Numbered from the stretch's first letter, positions 35,756 to 45,302 are shown. The stretch is 64,000 nt of DNA from an uncultured Chloroflexota bacterium (GCA_937901745.1 CALGSZ010000057.1:3816-67815), one strand, 5' to 3'. Notes: generated from the sequence alone by a model not told the origin. A program made the numbers and translations.

Positions 35756-37240
35756 ATGTTTGAAGCACTCTCCGATCGCCTCACTGAGACTCTCGGCCGG
35801 CTCGGGCGAAAGGGTAAGCTGACGGAGGAGGACGTCGACGAGGCGATGCGCGAGGTCCGCCGCGCGCTGCTCGAGGCGGACGTCAATTTCCGCGTCGTCA
35901 AAGACTTCGTCTCCGCCGTCCGCGAGCGCGCCGTCGGCCAGGAAGTCCTCAAGTCCCTCACGCCGGCCCAGACGGTTATCGGGATCGTCCACGAGGAGCT
36001 GATCAAGGTTCTCGGCAGCGAGCGCGAGCCGTTGCGCGCTCCGGATCGCCCGCCGCAGATCTTGATGCTCGTCGGCTTGCAGGGCTCCGGTAAGACGACG
36101 CACGTCGCCAAGCTTGCCCTCCAGATGCGCAAGGAGGGCCGCACGCCGCTGATGGTGGCGGCCGACGTCTACCGGCCCGCCGCGGTCAACCAGCTCCAGA
36201 CGCTCGGCAAGCAAATCTCGATCCCCGTCTATGACGAGGGGACGCAGCGCAACCCGGTCGACATCGCCACGAACGGTGTCAAGTACGCGCGGGAGCGTGG
36301 CTACAACCCGGTCATCATCGACACGGCCGGCCGCCTGCAGATCGACGAGCGAATGATGCAGGAGCTGGTCGACATCAAGAATCGGATCAACCCGACCGAG
36401 ATCCTGCTCGTCGCCGACGCGATGACGGGTCAGGAGGCGGTCAACGTCGCTCAGACCTTCCACGAGCGCCTGAATGTGACGGGTCTGATCCTGACGAAGA
36501 TGGACGGTGATGCCCGGGGCGGCGCGGCGCTCTCGATCCGGGCCGTCACCGGCGTGCCGATCAAATACATCGGCACGGGCGAGAAGTTGGACGCCCTGGA
36601 GCCGTTTTATCCGGAGCGGCTGGCCTCCCGCATCCTTGGCATGGGCGACGTACTCTCGCTGATCGAACGCGCCCAGGAGCAGACGACCGAGGAAGAGGCG
36701 CAGCGGCTCCAGGACCGGATGATCCGGGGTCAATTCAATCTGGAGGATTTCCTGGAGCAGCTCCAGAAGATCAAGAAGATGGGGCCGCTCACGCAGCTCT
36801 TGGAGATGATTCCCGGTCTCGGCTCGCAGCTTCGGCAGGCCAAGGCGCAAATTTCAGACGATGACTACAAGCACATCGAAGCGATAATCCGCTCGATGAC
36901 CCCGGAAGAGCGGCGGAATCCACACATCATCGATCACTCTCGCCGCCGCCGCATTGCCCGTGGCTCTGGCGTGACCCGAGAGGAAGTCGGCCAACTGCTC
37001 AAGCAATTTAGCGAGATGCAGAAGATGATGGCCGAGATTGGCGGATTGGCCAAGAAGAGCCAACGGGGCTTGCTAGGTGGCTTGCGCGGCGGAATGCCGG
37101 ATTTATCAGCACTCGGCGGCTTCCCCGATGGAGCAGACGATTTGCTACCATTTCCTGCACCTGGGCAGCGCGTATCCCAGGGACGGTCGGGAGGTCAGAA
37201 GCCGCATAAGGCGCATAAGCGCAAGAAGCACAGACGATGA
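35756..37240 (+). CDS. ffh: Signal recognition particle protein Ffh
   Basis: MFEALSDRL..., GLQGSGKTT, DTAGRLQ, Met-rich M domain, basic C-terminal tail. Confidence 0.95.
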   Translation: MFEALSDRLTETLGRLGRKGKLTEEDVDEAMREVRRALLEADVNFRVVKDFVSAVRERAVGQEVLKSLTPAQTVIGIVHEELIKVLGSEREPLRAPDRPPQILMLVGLQGSGKTTHVAKLALQMRKEGRTPLMVAADVYRPAAVNQLQTLGKQISIPVYDEGTQRNPVDIATNGVKYARERGYNPVIIDTAGRLQIDERMMQELVDIKNRINPTEILLVADAMTGQEAVNVAQTFHERLNVTGLILTKMDGDARGGAALSIRAVTGVPIKYIGTGEKLDALEPFYPERLASRILGMGDVLSLIERAQEQTTEEEAQRLQDRMIRGQFNLEDFLEQLQKIKKMGPLTQLLEMIPGLGSQLRQAKAQISDDDYKHIEAIIRSMTPEERRNPHIIDHSRRRRIARGSGVTREEVGQLLKQFSEMQKMMAEIGGLAKKSQRGLLGGLRGGMPDLSALGGFPDGADDLLPFPAPGQRVSQGRSGGQKPHKAHKRKKHRR

Positions 37241-37809
37241 CCGACACAACAACGACCGCCTCTACAGAGGCGCCAGTCATTGTCTATACGACGGACACCT
37301 GTCCTTGGTGCGATCGGGCGAAGGAATTCCTGCGTCGCCACAACGTGCCGTTCGTTGAGAAGAACGTCGCGCGCGACTATTCCGCGGCGATCGAGATGAT
37401 CCGGCGCTCTGGGCAGCAGGCTGTCCCGGTGATCGCGACCGAGAACGAGGTGATCGTCGGCTTCGACCAGGTGCGGCTTGCCCGCATTGCCGAGCGATAC
37501 GCCGGCCCGAAGCGGCCGCCGCTCGGGCTGCTTGCCGCGAACGCCGAGGACTATTTCGCCCGGCATCCGGAGGCGGCGGCGGCGTTCCCGCCGGGCACGA
37601 AGGGTGTTTATGTCGGAGAAGTTCGCCCTGACAGCGTCGCCGAGAAGTCGGGAATTCGGCCGGGTGATGTCATTACGGTCGTGGCGGGGAAGCGTGTGCG
37701 GAACATGTCCGCGCTTGACTCGATCATTGATGCCGTGAAAGCCGGCGAGAGCATTACCGTGCGCTACCTGCGGGGCAGCGAGGAGCGGACGACGACCTTC
37801 CAGTTCTGA
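37237..37809 (+). CDS. Glutaredoxin-like domain (CPWC) fused to a PDZ domain
   Basis: ATGA overlap with the ffh stop. VIVYTTDTCPWCDRAKEFL...VPVI thioredoxin fold. C-terminal GVYVGEVRPDSVAEKSGIRPGDVITVVAG PDZ pattern. Confidence 0.75.
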   Translation: MTDTTTTASTEAPVIVYTTDTCPWCDRAKEFLRRHNVPFVEKNVARDYSAAIEMIRRSGQQAVPVIATENEVIVGFDQVRLARIAERYAGPKRPPLGLLAANAEDYFARHPEAAAAFPPGTKGVYVGEVRPDSVAEKSGIRPGDVITVVAGKRVRNMSALDSIIDAVKAGESITVRYLRGSEERTTTFQF

Positions 37810-37864
37810 CCGATTGCGCCTGCCCCTGTGACGCCGGCCCGCCGTTCGCCGCCGCGGAGGGGTA

Positions 37865-38350
37865 ATGAGCACGCTCTCGCAATGGGAGATGATCGAGCGG
37901 CTTGTCGTCGCACTGATCCTTGGCGCTCTGCTGGGCTTCGAGCGGGAGCGGCGGGACAAGCCAGCGGGCATCAGGACCTATGCGCTGGTCTGTGAGGGCT
38001 CGGCGCTCTTCATGATGGGCTCCCTGCTACTCGGGGAGACGGTGCGGGCGGCCGGCGGCTTCGGTTATGACCCATCACGCATCGGCTCGACGATTGTCCA
38101 GGGAATCGGCTTCCTCGCCGGTGGCGTGATCCTGGCGCGCGGCACCTCGGTCCGCAACTTGACGACGGCCGCGGGCATCTGGGTCACCGCCGCGATTGGG
38201 CTGCTGATCGGCGGCGGGTTCTTCTTCCTCGGTATCGCGGCGACGATCGCGACCGCGGTCGTGCTGGTGCCGCTGAAGTGGGTCGAGGACTGGGTCGCGC
38301 CGCGTGGGCATCCCCAGCCGCCCTCCTCGGAACAGACCTCGTCTGACTAG
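37865..38350 (+). CDS. MgtC/SapB-family membrane protein
   Basis: LLGFERERRDKPAGIRTY signature, 4-5 TM, GGAGGGG upstream. Confidence 0.8.
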   Translation: MSTLSQWEMIERLVVALILGALLGFERERRDKPAGIRTYALVCEGSALFMMGSLLLGETVRAAGGFGYDPSRIGSTIVQGIGFLAGGVILARGTSVRNLTTAAGIWVTAAIGLLIGGGFFFLGIAATIATAVVLVPLKWVEDWVAPRGHPQPPSSEQTSSD

Positions 38351-38994
38351 CGCTTGAGCCAATCTTCCTCCAGCCGCTGCAAGACATCAGGCGGCAGCTT
38401 CGGTGTGTCGTAGGCCCCGGCGGCTCGTCGCTGGCGGAGCGCCTCGAAGAGGATGACGGCGCACGCGACAGAGATGTTCAGGCTCTGGACCATCCCCATC
38501 ATCGGGATGATGACGAGACCGTCGGCGAGCTTGGCTGCCTCCTCGGAAACGCCGCGATGCTCGTTGCCGAATACCAGGGCAGTCGGCTGGCGAAGATCGA
38601 GGCTGTAAAGATCCTGGCTCTCCGGAGCGAGCGCCGTCGCCAGGATGCGCAGCCCCTCGCTGCGCAGCGCCTCGTAGCAGCCCTCGATCGAGTCGTGCCG
38701 GACGACTTCGATCCACTTCGCCGCGCTCGCGGAGGTCGTCCGGGCGAACGGCTCCTTCGGCGGCTCCTCAATGGTGTAGACGACGTGGACGCGCAGGATG
38801 CCGACGGCGTCGCACGAGCGCAAGACGGCGGCGACGTTGTGCGGGTCGTGCACGTTCTCGAGGACGACGGTTAGGTCAGGTTGCCGGCGCTGGAGCACGG
38901 CCCTAATTCGCTGCTGGCGGCGCTCCGTCCGCGGCCAGCGACTCGGTTTCTCTCCTATCTGTCTTGCCAATTCGCGCCGGTCGACGGCGTCCAT
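38347..38994 (-). CDS. SpoU/TrmH-family RNA 2'-O-methyltransferase
   Basis: VLENVHDPHNVAAVLRSCDAVG, LVFGNEHRGVS and IPMMGMVQSLNISVA motifs. Confidence 0.8.
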   Translation of the reverse strand: MDAVDRRELARQIGEKPSRWPRTERRQQRIRAVLQRRQPDLTVVLENVHDPHNVAAVLRSCDAVGILRVHVVYTIEEPPKEPFARTTSASAAKWIEVVRHDSIEGCYEALRSEGLRILATALAPESQDLYSLDLRQPTALVFGNEHRGVSEEAAKLADGLVIIPMMGMVQSLNISVACAVILFEALRQRRAAGAYDTPKLPPDVLQRLEEDWLKR

Positions 38995-39159
38995 CGAGTG
39001 ATGCCTCCATTCGTCACTTCATCGAGACCGTAAGTCCTGAGACGGGTCCCTACTTCTGGGCCATGCCAAGCGCTCGTGGTTCCCGCCGGCGTGCCCTACG
39101 ATCGGCCCAAGGGTTCTACGGCCCATATGCGGCCGCACCGGCTGCATTGGCCGGGAGGG

Positions 39160-39363
39160 ATGGATGTCATCATGACCTACGCAGCGATTGCCCGCGTCGT
39201 GTTGGCGATGGTCGTCGGCGTCGGCCTGCTCGCGGCCATTCTTATCGCGGTTCCGGGACCGGTGCAGGTGCTGGCGCTCCTGATCGGACTGCCGCTGGAA
39301 GCGATGCTCCTCGCGCTCGCTACCTCCGGCGACCGGCCCCGCATCACAGTACGCCAGCGCTGA
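39160..39363 (+). CDS. Possible small membrane protein (two hydrophobic helices)
   Basis: MDVIMTYAAIARVVLAMVVGVGLLAAILIAVPGPVQVLALLIGLPLEAMLLALA. GGGAGGG upstream; start ambiguous (39160 or 39172). Weak. Confidence 0.25.
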   Translation: MDVIMTYAAIARVVLAMVVGVGLLAAILIAVPGPVQVLALLIGLPLEAMLLALATSGDRPRITVRQR

Positions 39364-39408
39364 TGCCCAGTGTTCATTGGCGGGATCTGGTCTGGCCGCC
39401 GGGTCCCG

Positions 39409-40590
39409 CTAGCCCGTTTCGCTTTCCCCTGTCTCGCCCGTATCGCTCGTTTCCCAATCACCATTGCCTTCGGTCGCGGTTGGTTGCGGCGACTCCGACT
39501 CCGGGGTTTCCACTGGCGTCTCCGTTGGCGCCGCCGTCGCCTCGTCACTAGGTGACGCCTCGGTCGTTTCCGTTGTCTCCGGCAATTCCGTCGGCGAATC
39601 CGTCGCCGTTGGCGTGCCCGCCTCTTCGGTCGGCGTTGGCGTCGCGATCTCGGGCGGCCAGACCAGCGGGCGCGGCTCCGTTTCCACCACGATCTCGATC
39701 TCCGGCGGCGTCCAATCCCGCGGAAGCTTGGCCAGACCAGCGGCCTCTGGATCGCGCAGCACGCCGGAGTAGTAATCGCGCCAGGCGAGAATCGCCGCGA
39801 CATAATCTGCTTGGCATTGGTTGAGCGCGTCGCAGCCCTCGCCGACGAATTCGCCGATCGCGGCTTTCCAGGCGCCGGTTTCCGACCGCAGAGAGGCGAG
39901 CACCTGGCCGCCGGCATCGAGGTGCTTAGCGGGATCGTGCCACTCGGATTCCGGTAGTCCGAGCGCCTGCAGATCCTCCTCTCGCAGCGCGAGCAGGCCG
40001 ATCCGCCCATCGGACCGGATGATGCCCGGTTCTCCGCCGGAGCCGACCATCGTGGTGCCGGCGAGCAGCGCGACGGATACGCCGTGAGCGCGCGAGGCTG
40101 CCTTGAGCTCCGGGAGCCAGCGCAGGACGGGATCGTCGTAGCGCGTGCCGCGCAACACGGTCTCGGTCGGCGTGGCCGTTGCCGTCGGAGTCGGCGTGCG
40201 CGTCTGTCCCGGCGTCGTCGACGGGGAAGGCGTGCGCGTTAGGCTCGATGTCGCCGTGGATGTTGCCTGAGCCGTGGAGCTTGGCGCGGTCTGGGTGCTA
40301 GTCGGCTCGGTTGTCGGCGTGGGTTCCGGGTCAACCGAGACGCCTTCGCCGACGACGCCGCCCGGCGACTCCGTTCCGGATGTTTCGTCCTCCGGCGGTG
40401 GCTCGTCAATGATCTCTTCTTCCTGCGTGGTCTGCTCGTCCGCCGGGGGTGTCAGGATCGCGGAAAGCGCCTCCATGACCGGGCTGCTCTCCGAAGCGGA
40501 CTCACTGTCGGATCCCGGCTGCACGGCGGTCACGCTCAGCAAGACAGCCAGCGCGATGCGAAAGATGAACAGCCAGATGAGCATAGTCAC
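39409..40590 (-). CDS. Secreted or anchored protein with SLT-like (lytic transglycosylase-like) core flanked by Thr/Pro/Glu-rich regions
   Basis: N-terminal hydrophobic signal/anchor. Core ...GSGGEPGIIRSDGRIGLLAL... loosely resembles the ES...S..G..GLMQ SLT pattern. Long TP- and E-rich low-complexity flanks. Confidence 0.5.
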   Translation of the reverse strand: MTMLIWLFIFRIALAVLLSVTAVQPGSDSESASESSPVMEALSAILTPPADEQTTQEEEIIDEPPPEDETSGTESPGGVVGEGVSVDPEPTPTTEPTSTQTAPSSTAQATSTATSSLTRTPSPSTTPGQTRTPTPTATATPTETVLRGTRYDDPVLRWLPELKAASRAHGVSVALLAGTTMVGSGGEPGIIRSDGRIGLLALREEDLQALGLPESEWHDPAKHLDAGGQVLASLRSETGAWKAAIGEFVGEGCDALNQCQADYVAAILAWRDYYSGVLRDPEAAGLAKLPRDWTPPEIEIVVETEPRPLVWPPEIATPTPTEEAGTPTATDSPTELPETTETTEASPSDEATAAPTETPVETPESESPQPTATEGNGDWETSDTGETGESETG

Positions 40591-40662
40591 CTTCCCGTTT
40601 CAGGCGGCGTAGGCGTCTCCCGTGCCGCTCCATCGAGGGTACCAGCCTTCGATTCGGAAGGA

Positions 40663-41244
40663 CTAGGGGCCATCGGCGCCCTCGGGAGCATGCTGGCCTA
40701 CCGCATCGAGATCATCGGCGACCAGCCGCAGGATGAAGCGGGGATCGAAGCGAGGCGAGCAGCGACCGCAGGACCAGGTGCCGCGCCTCCGCCGGGCCAC
40801 CTTCAGGCCGCAGGCCGGGCAGGCGTAGAGATAGCGGATCGGGCGCCGCCGGGGCGGCACCAAACAGTTTCGGATCTCTTCAAGCGAGGCGCCCGTCAGC
40901 GCGGCGACGCGGTAAGCGATGCGGTCGTATCCGTGCTTGGCGTGGCGGCGGCGGTCGCCATCGAGGTAGTCGCGCATGTGGAGCAATTCTTCCGCGACGA
41001 CGATCTCGAGCGCCTTCGGCTGCGACAAGTCGATGCGACGCAGATTGATCAGCACGAGATGCACTTGGCGGCGCGGATGGTAGGCGTACGCCCCGCCGAG
41101 CGAGGCAGCAACGCGGCGTCCAAGCCAAGATTCGAATCTGCGCCGGTCGGTCGTGACCCAGAGTCTGTCGGTCGGCAACGCGAGCCGCGCGACATACGCG
41201 CGCACCAGCTCGATCGTCGCCTCGTCCTGGGTGTCGAGAATCAT
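40663..41244 (-). CDS. Hypothetical protein with C-terminal C4 zinc ribbon
   Basis: ATG 41244 follows AGGAG. CPACG...CGRC ribbon. The track ORF extends to 41646, but that part is Arg/Ser-rich and unsupported. Confidence 0.55.
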   Translation of the reverse strand: MILDTQDEATIELVRAYVARLALPTDRLWVTTDRRRFESWLGRRVAASLGGAYAYHPRRQVHLVLINLRRIDLSQPKALEIVVAEELLHMRDYLDGDRRRHAKHGYDRIAYRVAALTGASLEEIRNCLVPPRRRPIRYLYACPACGLKVARRRRGTWSCGRCSPRFDPRFILRLVADDLDAVGQHAPEGADGP

Positions 41245-41356
41245 CTGCGCTCCTGATCGCCGCCACGCGTTCCAGGCACGCGACTGGCCAAGCGTACAAT
41301 GGAACCGGTGACCGCCGTGGCCCGGCGCCGCGGCCGTCTCGTGGCGAGAGGGAGGC

Positions 41357-41836
41357 ATGACGAGCCAGCAATCCGTGAGTGCCCGGCCACACGCGCTGAT
41401 TGCGACCGACGATCCCGACCTGCGCGACTTCCTCGCCGAGGGATTGGTGTACGGTGGGTTCTGGACGAGCGCGATCGCGAGCGGGCTCCAGGTCCTCGAA
41501 GTCTTCCGCCTACGCACCTTCGATCTGGTCCTCATCGATGCCGCGCTCGGAGGGATGGGTGCGCTGGAGGTGATTCGGCGGCTCCGGGGGCGATCCAGCC
41601 GTGGACCGGCGGATGGCCCGCGCACCGACGTTCCGATCTTGATCATTGCCGCCGATCCCTCGGAAGTCTCGGAGGAGGAAGCGCGCGACGCGGGCGCCGA
41701 CGGCGTGCTGGTCGCGCCGCTCGAGCTGGAAACCCTCGTGCCGCATCTGCACGGTGTGGTGGCGGAGTGGCGGGCTGCCCATCCAGATCGGCCGTGGGCC
41801 GATGTCGCCGCTCAGCAGCCCTCGACGCGGACGTAA
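41357..41836 (+). CDS. Stand-alone response-regulator receiver domain protein
   Basis: GGGAGG upstream. Acidic pocket ATDDPD and phospho-acceptor context FDLVLIDAALGGMGALEVIRRLR. No output domain. Confidence 0.8.
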   Translation: MTSQQSVSARPHALIATDDPDLRDFLAEGLVYGGFWTSAIASGLQVLEVFRLRTFDLVLIDAALGGMGALEVIRRLRGRSSRGPADGPRTDVPILIIAADPSEVSEEEARDAGADGVLVAPLELETLVPHLHGVVAEWRAAHPDRPWADVAAQQPSTRT

Positions 41837-41966
41837 CGCCGGCGCCGCGCCCTGAATCGGCCGCGCGAGCGGGCCCGGCACGGAAGATGCCATAGGTTTC
41901 TACATTCGACCTGCTGCCGGCTGGCGATTGGCAGCGTATTGAGCTTGCGCAGGCAGGGAGGACCTG

Positions 41967-43529
41967 ATGCCGTTTGCACGGGCGAGTGGAGTTCTAGCTC
42001 ACCCGACCTCGTTTCCCGGACCGCACGGGATCGGAGACATTGGCGATGCGGCCTTTCGCTTCGTTGACTGGCTGGCTGTCGCCGGTCAGCGGTATTGGCA
42101 AGTGATGCCGCTCGGTCCGACTGGGTATGGCGACTCGCCCTACGCGTCACTCTCCGCCTTCGCGGGGAATCCGCTCCTCATCTCCTTGCCATGGCTCGTC
42201 GGCGACGGGCTCCTGGAGCAATCGGAGCTCGAGAATCATCCGCCGTTCCCGGACCACGAGGTCGATTACGGGCGCGTCATCACCTTCAAGCAAGAACGCC
42301 TTCGCGCCGCGTTCGCTCGCTTCCGCGGTGGGGCAGGGGCGGCGTTGCGGCCCGCCTTCGAGGCATTCGTCGTCGCGGAGCGCTATTGGCTGGATGACTT
42401 CGCGTTCTACATGGCGCTGAAGGACTACCACGGTGGCCGGTCGTGGCTGGAGTGGGAGCCGGGGATTCGCCTGCGCGAGCCAGAGGCGCTGGCTTCCTGG
42501 CGGGAGCGGCTTGCGGATGACATCCACTTTCACCAGTTCGTGCAGTTCCAGTTCCGCCGACAATGGACCGAGCTCAAGCGCTACGCCAACGAGCGGGACA
42601 TCCGCATCATCGGCGACATCCCGATCTTCGTCGCGCACGACAGCGCCGATGTCTGGGCCAACCGCGAGATCTTCCGGCTCGATGCCGAGGGGCGTCCAAC
42701 GGTCGTCTCTGGAGTTCCGCCCGACCTTTTCACCGCGCACGGGCAGCTCTGGGGCAATCCGATGTTCGATTGGCAGAAGCTGGAAGAGACCGAGTATCGC
42801 TGGTGGGTGGACCGCGTCCGCGCCACGATGGCCCTGGTCGATGTCATCCGGATCGACCACTTTCGCGGCTTCGCGGCTGCCTGGACCGTCCCGGCCGACG
42901 CCCCGACGGCGCAAACTGGCCGCTGGGAGCGGGGGCCAGGACGCCGCGTCTTCGATGCGATCGAGCGAGCGCTCGGAAAAATCCCGATCATCGTCGAGGA
43001 CCTTGGGTTGATCACCCCAGATGTCATCGCGCTGCGCGAAGAGCTCGGCTTCCCTGGCATGAAAGTCCTCCAGTTCGCGTTTGACGGTGACCCGGAGAAC
43101 GCCTATCTGCCGCACAACTATGACCGAAACTGCGTCGTCTACACCGGAACGCACGACAACCAGACGACGGTTGGCTGGTTCCAGTCGCTCGATGACCGGA
43201 CCCGGCGGCAGGTGCAGACCTACATCGGGAAGGACGCGGCGGACGTCGCGTGGGACTTCATTCGACTGGCGCTGATGTCGGTCGCCGACCTAGCGATCGT
43301 CCCGCTGCAAGACGTGATGAGGTTGGGCGATGAGGCCCGCATGAACACGCCGGGACGAGCCTGGGGGAATTGGACGTGGCGATTCCTGCCGCACCAGCTC
43401 CACCACGGTCTTGCCGCTGGGTTAGGTGAGCTAACGGACGCGTATGGCCGCCGCGCGCGTCCGCCGCGCGTGAAGTCCACCGATCCGTACGATTACACTG
43501 CGGCCGGTACGGAACACCGGTTGTGGTAG
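41967..43529 (+). CDS. malQ: 4-alpha-glucanotransferase (amylomaltase, GH77)
   Basis: GIGDIG, IGDIPIFV, YTGTHDN motifs; 520 aa. Confidence 0.9.
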   Translation: MPFARASGVLAHPTSFPGPHGIGDIGDAAFRFVDWLAVAGQRYWQVMPLGPTGYGDSPYASLSAFAGNPLLISLPWLVGDGLLEQSELENHPPFPDHEVDYGRVITFKQERLRAAFARFRGGAGAALRPAFEAFVVAERYWLDDFAFYMALKDYHGGRSWLEWEPGIRLREPEALASWRERLADDIHFHQFVQFQFRRQWTELKRYANERDIRIIGDIPIFVAHDSADVWANREIFRLDAEGRPTVVSGVPPDLFTAHGQLWGNPMFDWQKLEETEYRWWVDRVRATMALVDVIRIDHFRGFAAAWTVPADAPTAQTGRWERGPGRRVFDAIERALGKIPIIVEDLGLITPDVIALREELGFPGMKVLQFAFDGDPENAYLPHNYDRNCVVYTGTHDNQTTVGWFQSLDDRTRRQVQTYIGKDAADVAWDFIRLALMSVADLAIVPLQDVMRLGDEARMNTPGRAWGNWTWRFLPHQLHHGLAAGLGELTDAYGRRARPPRVKSTDPYDYTAAGTEHRLW

Positions 43530-43580
43530 GCGGCCGCCCGGCAAGGTCCGGCGATCCGAGGCCCACGAAAGAGGAGTCGG

Positions 43581-45290
43581 ATGACGAAGCTCGGAGCGTT
43601 CACCTTTGTCCTGCATAGCCACCTGCCATACGCGCGGCAGGCGGGGATGTGGCCGCACGGGGAGGAGTGGGTCCACGAGGCGATCGCGGAGACGTATGTC
43701 CCGCTCCTCGACGCCCTCCACGACCTCGCCGACGAGGGTGTCCCGTTCGCGCTGACGATCGGCATCACGCCCATCCTCGCCGAGCAGCTTGCCGATCCGC
43801 TGATCGTCGATCACTTCGTGCACTACGCGGCGGAGCGGGCGGCTTGGGCGGCCAACGACGTCAAGCGCTTCGAGGAGGCGGGAGACGCGCATATGCGCGA
43901 TCTCGCCCGCTTCTATCACCACTTCTACGCGCGGACGTTGACGAGCTTCCGCGACCGGTATCGCAGCGACATCCTCGGCGCGTTCCGCGCGCTGCAGGAC
44001 GCGGGCAAAGTGGAGGTCGCGACGTCGGCCGCGACGCATGGCTACCTTCCGCTCCTGTCCCGCGACTCCTCGATCTATGGGCAGCTCGCTATCGGCGTCG
44101 CCACCTATCAGCGACACTTCGGCCGGCGACCAACGGCGATCTGGCTGCCGGAATGTGCTTACCGGCCTGCCATCCTGGAGCAAGAGGACGGTAAGACTGT
44201 TCGCAGGCCAGGGCTGGAATCGTTCCTCGCCGGGCAGCAGCTCGAAGTCTTCTTCAGTGAGACGCACACGGTCGAAGGTGGAACGCCGGTCGGCAAGGCT
44301 GCTGGGGAAGCGATTGGCCCGTACGGCGCCGTGCCGCGGCGATACGCGCTGCAGGTCGTACCGGAGGCGACGGCCGAGCCCGGCACGACCTACCAGGCAT
44401 ATTGGGTCGGCGATGCGCCGGGCCAGGTCGCGGTGTTGGCGCGCAACAACGAGACCGGGCAGCAAGTCTGGTCGGGAACCTTTGGCTATCCGGGCGATTA
44501 CTGGTATCGCGAGTTCCATCGCAAAGACGGCATCTCCGGTCTCCAGTACTGGCGAATCACCGGCACCGGCGTCGATCTCGGGCAGAAGGCGCCATACGAG
44601 CCGGCGCGGGCGGCCGAGCGGGTTCAAGACCATGCCGACCACTTCGCCGCCCTGGTTCACAACCTCCTTCGCAAGTATCACGACGAGACAGGCCGGTTTG
44701 GCGTCATCTCCTCCGCTTACGACACCGAGCTTTTCGGTCACTGGTGGTTCGAAGGCGTGCAGTGGCTGAAGGAGGTTCTCAAACGGCTGGCGGCCAACGA
44801 CGAGATCGAGCTGACGACTGCCTCCCGGTACATCGAGTCGCATCCGCCTGAGCGCGTGTTGGCGCTGCCGGAATCGAGCTGGGGCGCCGGCGGTGGCCAT
44901 TTCACCTGGCTCAATGTTGATACCCAGTGGATGTGGCCGCCGATCCACGAGGCGGAGCGGCAGATGGAAGCGCTCGTCGCGCGATTCCCCAACGCGGAGG
45001 GCGATCGGCTGGAGGTGCTCAATCAGGCCGCGCGTGAGCTCTTGCTCCTGCAAAGCAGCGACTGGCCGTTCCTGGTGACGACCGGGCAGGCGAAGGAGTA
45101 CGCGGCGCAGCGCTTCACTGAGCACCTGGAGCGGTTCCAACAGCTTGGCAATTTGGCGGAGCGGGACGAGCTCAACGAAGGCGACCGGCAATTCCTCGCC
45201 TCGTTGAAGGAGCGCGACAACCCCTTCCCGGACATTGACTACCGGGTCTTCGCGGCTCGCCAGGGCGATCCGGCCCCGCGCGAGGGCTAG
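43581..45290 (+). CDS. GH57-family 1,4-alpha-glucan branching enzyme
   Basis: FTFVLHSHLPYARQAGMWPHGEEWVHEAIAETYVPLL and GITPILAEQLAD match the Thermus-type GH57 branching enzymes as I remember them. Confidence 0.8.
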   Translation: MTKLGAFTFVLHSHLPYARQAGMWPHGEEWVHEAIAETYVPLLDALHDLADEGVPFALTIGITPILAEQLADPLIVDHFVHYAAERAAWAANDVKRFEEAGDAHMRDLARFYHHFYARTLTSFRDRYRSDILGAFRALQDAGKVEVATSAATHGYLPLLSRDSSIYGQLAIGVATYQRHFGRRPTAIWLPECAYRPAILEQEDGKTVRRPGLESFLAGQQLEVFFSETHTVEGGTPVGKAAGEAIGPYGAVPRRYALQVVPEATAEPGTTYQAYWVGDAPGQVAVLARNNETGQQVWSGTFGYPGDYWYREFHRKDGISGLQYWRITGTGVDLGQKAPYEPARAAERVQDHADHFAALVHNLLRKYHDETGRFGVISSAYDTELFGHWWFEGVQWLKEVLKRLAANDEIELTTASRYIESHPPERVLALPESSWGAGGGHFTWLNVDTQWMWPPIHEAERQMEALVARFPNAEGDRLEVLNQAARELLLLQSSDWPFLVTTGQAKEYAAQRFTEHLERFQQLGNLAERDELNEGDRQFLASLKERDNPFPDIDYRVFAARQGDPAPREG

Positions 45291-45302
45291 AGCGGCGGGC
45301 GT

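Noticed and set aside
41245-41646. N-terminal 134-aa extension of the 40663-41646 ORF
   Set aside because: Ser/Arg/Pro-rich, and it runs antisense over the response-regulator gene start. AGGAG precedes the internal ATG 41244.
43431-45191. 586-aa minus-strand ORF opposite the GH57 gene; similar cases at 4542-6053, 50035-51435, 52585-54171, 35738-36850, 47231-48358, 59302-60324 and 24389-25666
   Set aside because: Same reasoning. All are antisense to genes with clear family motifs and have Arg/Asp/Leu-biased, motif-free translations.
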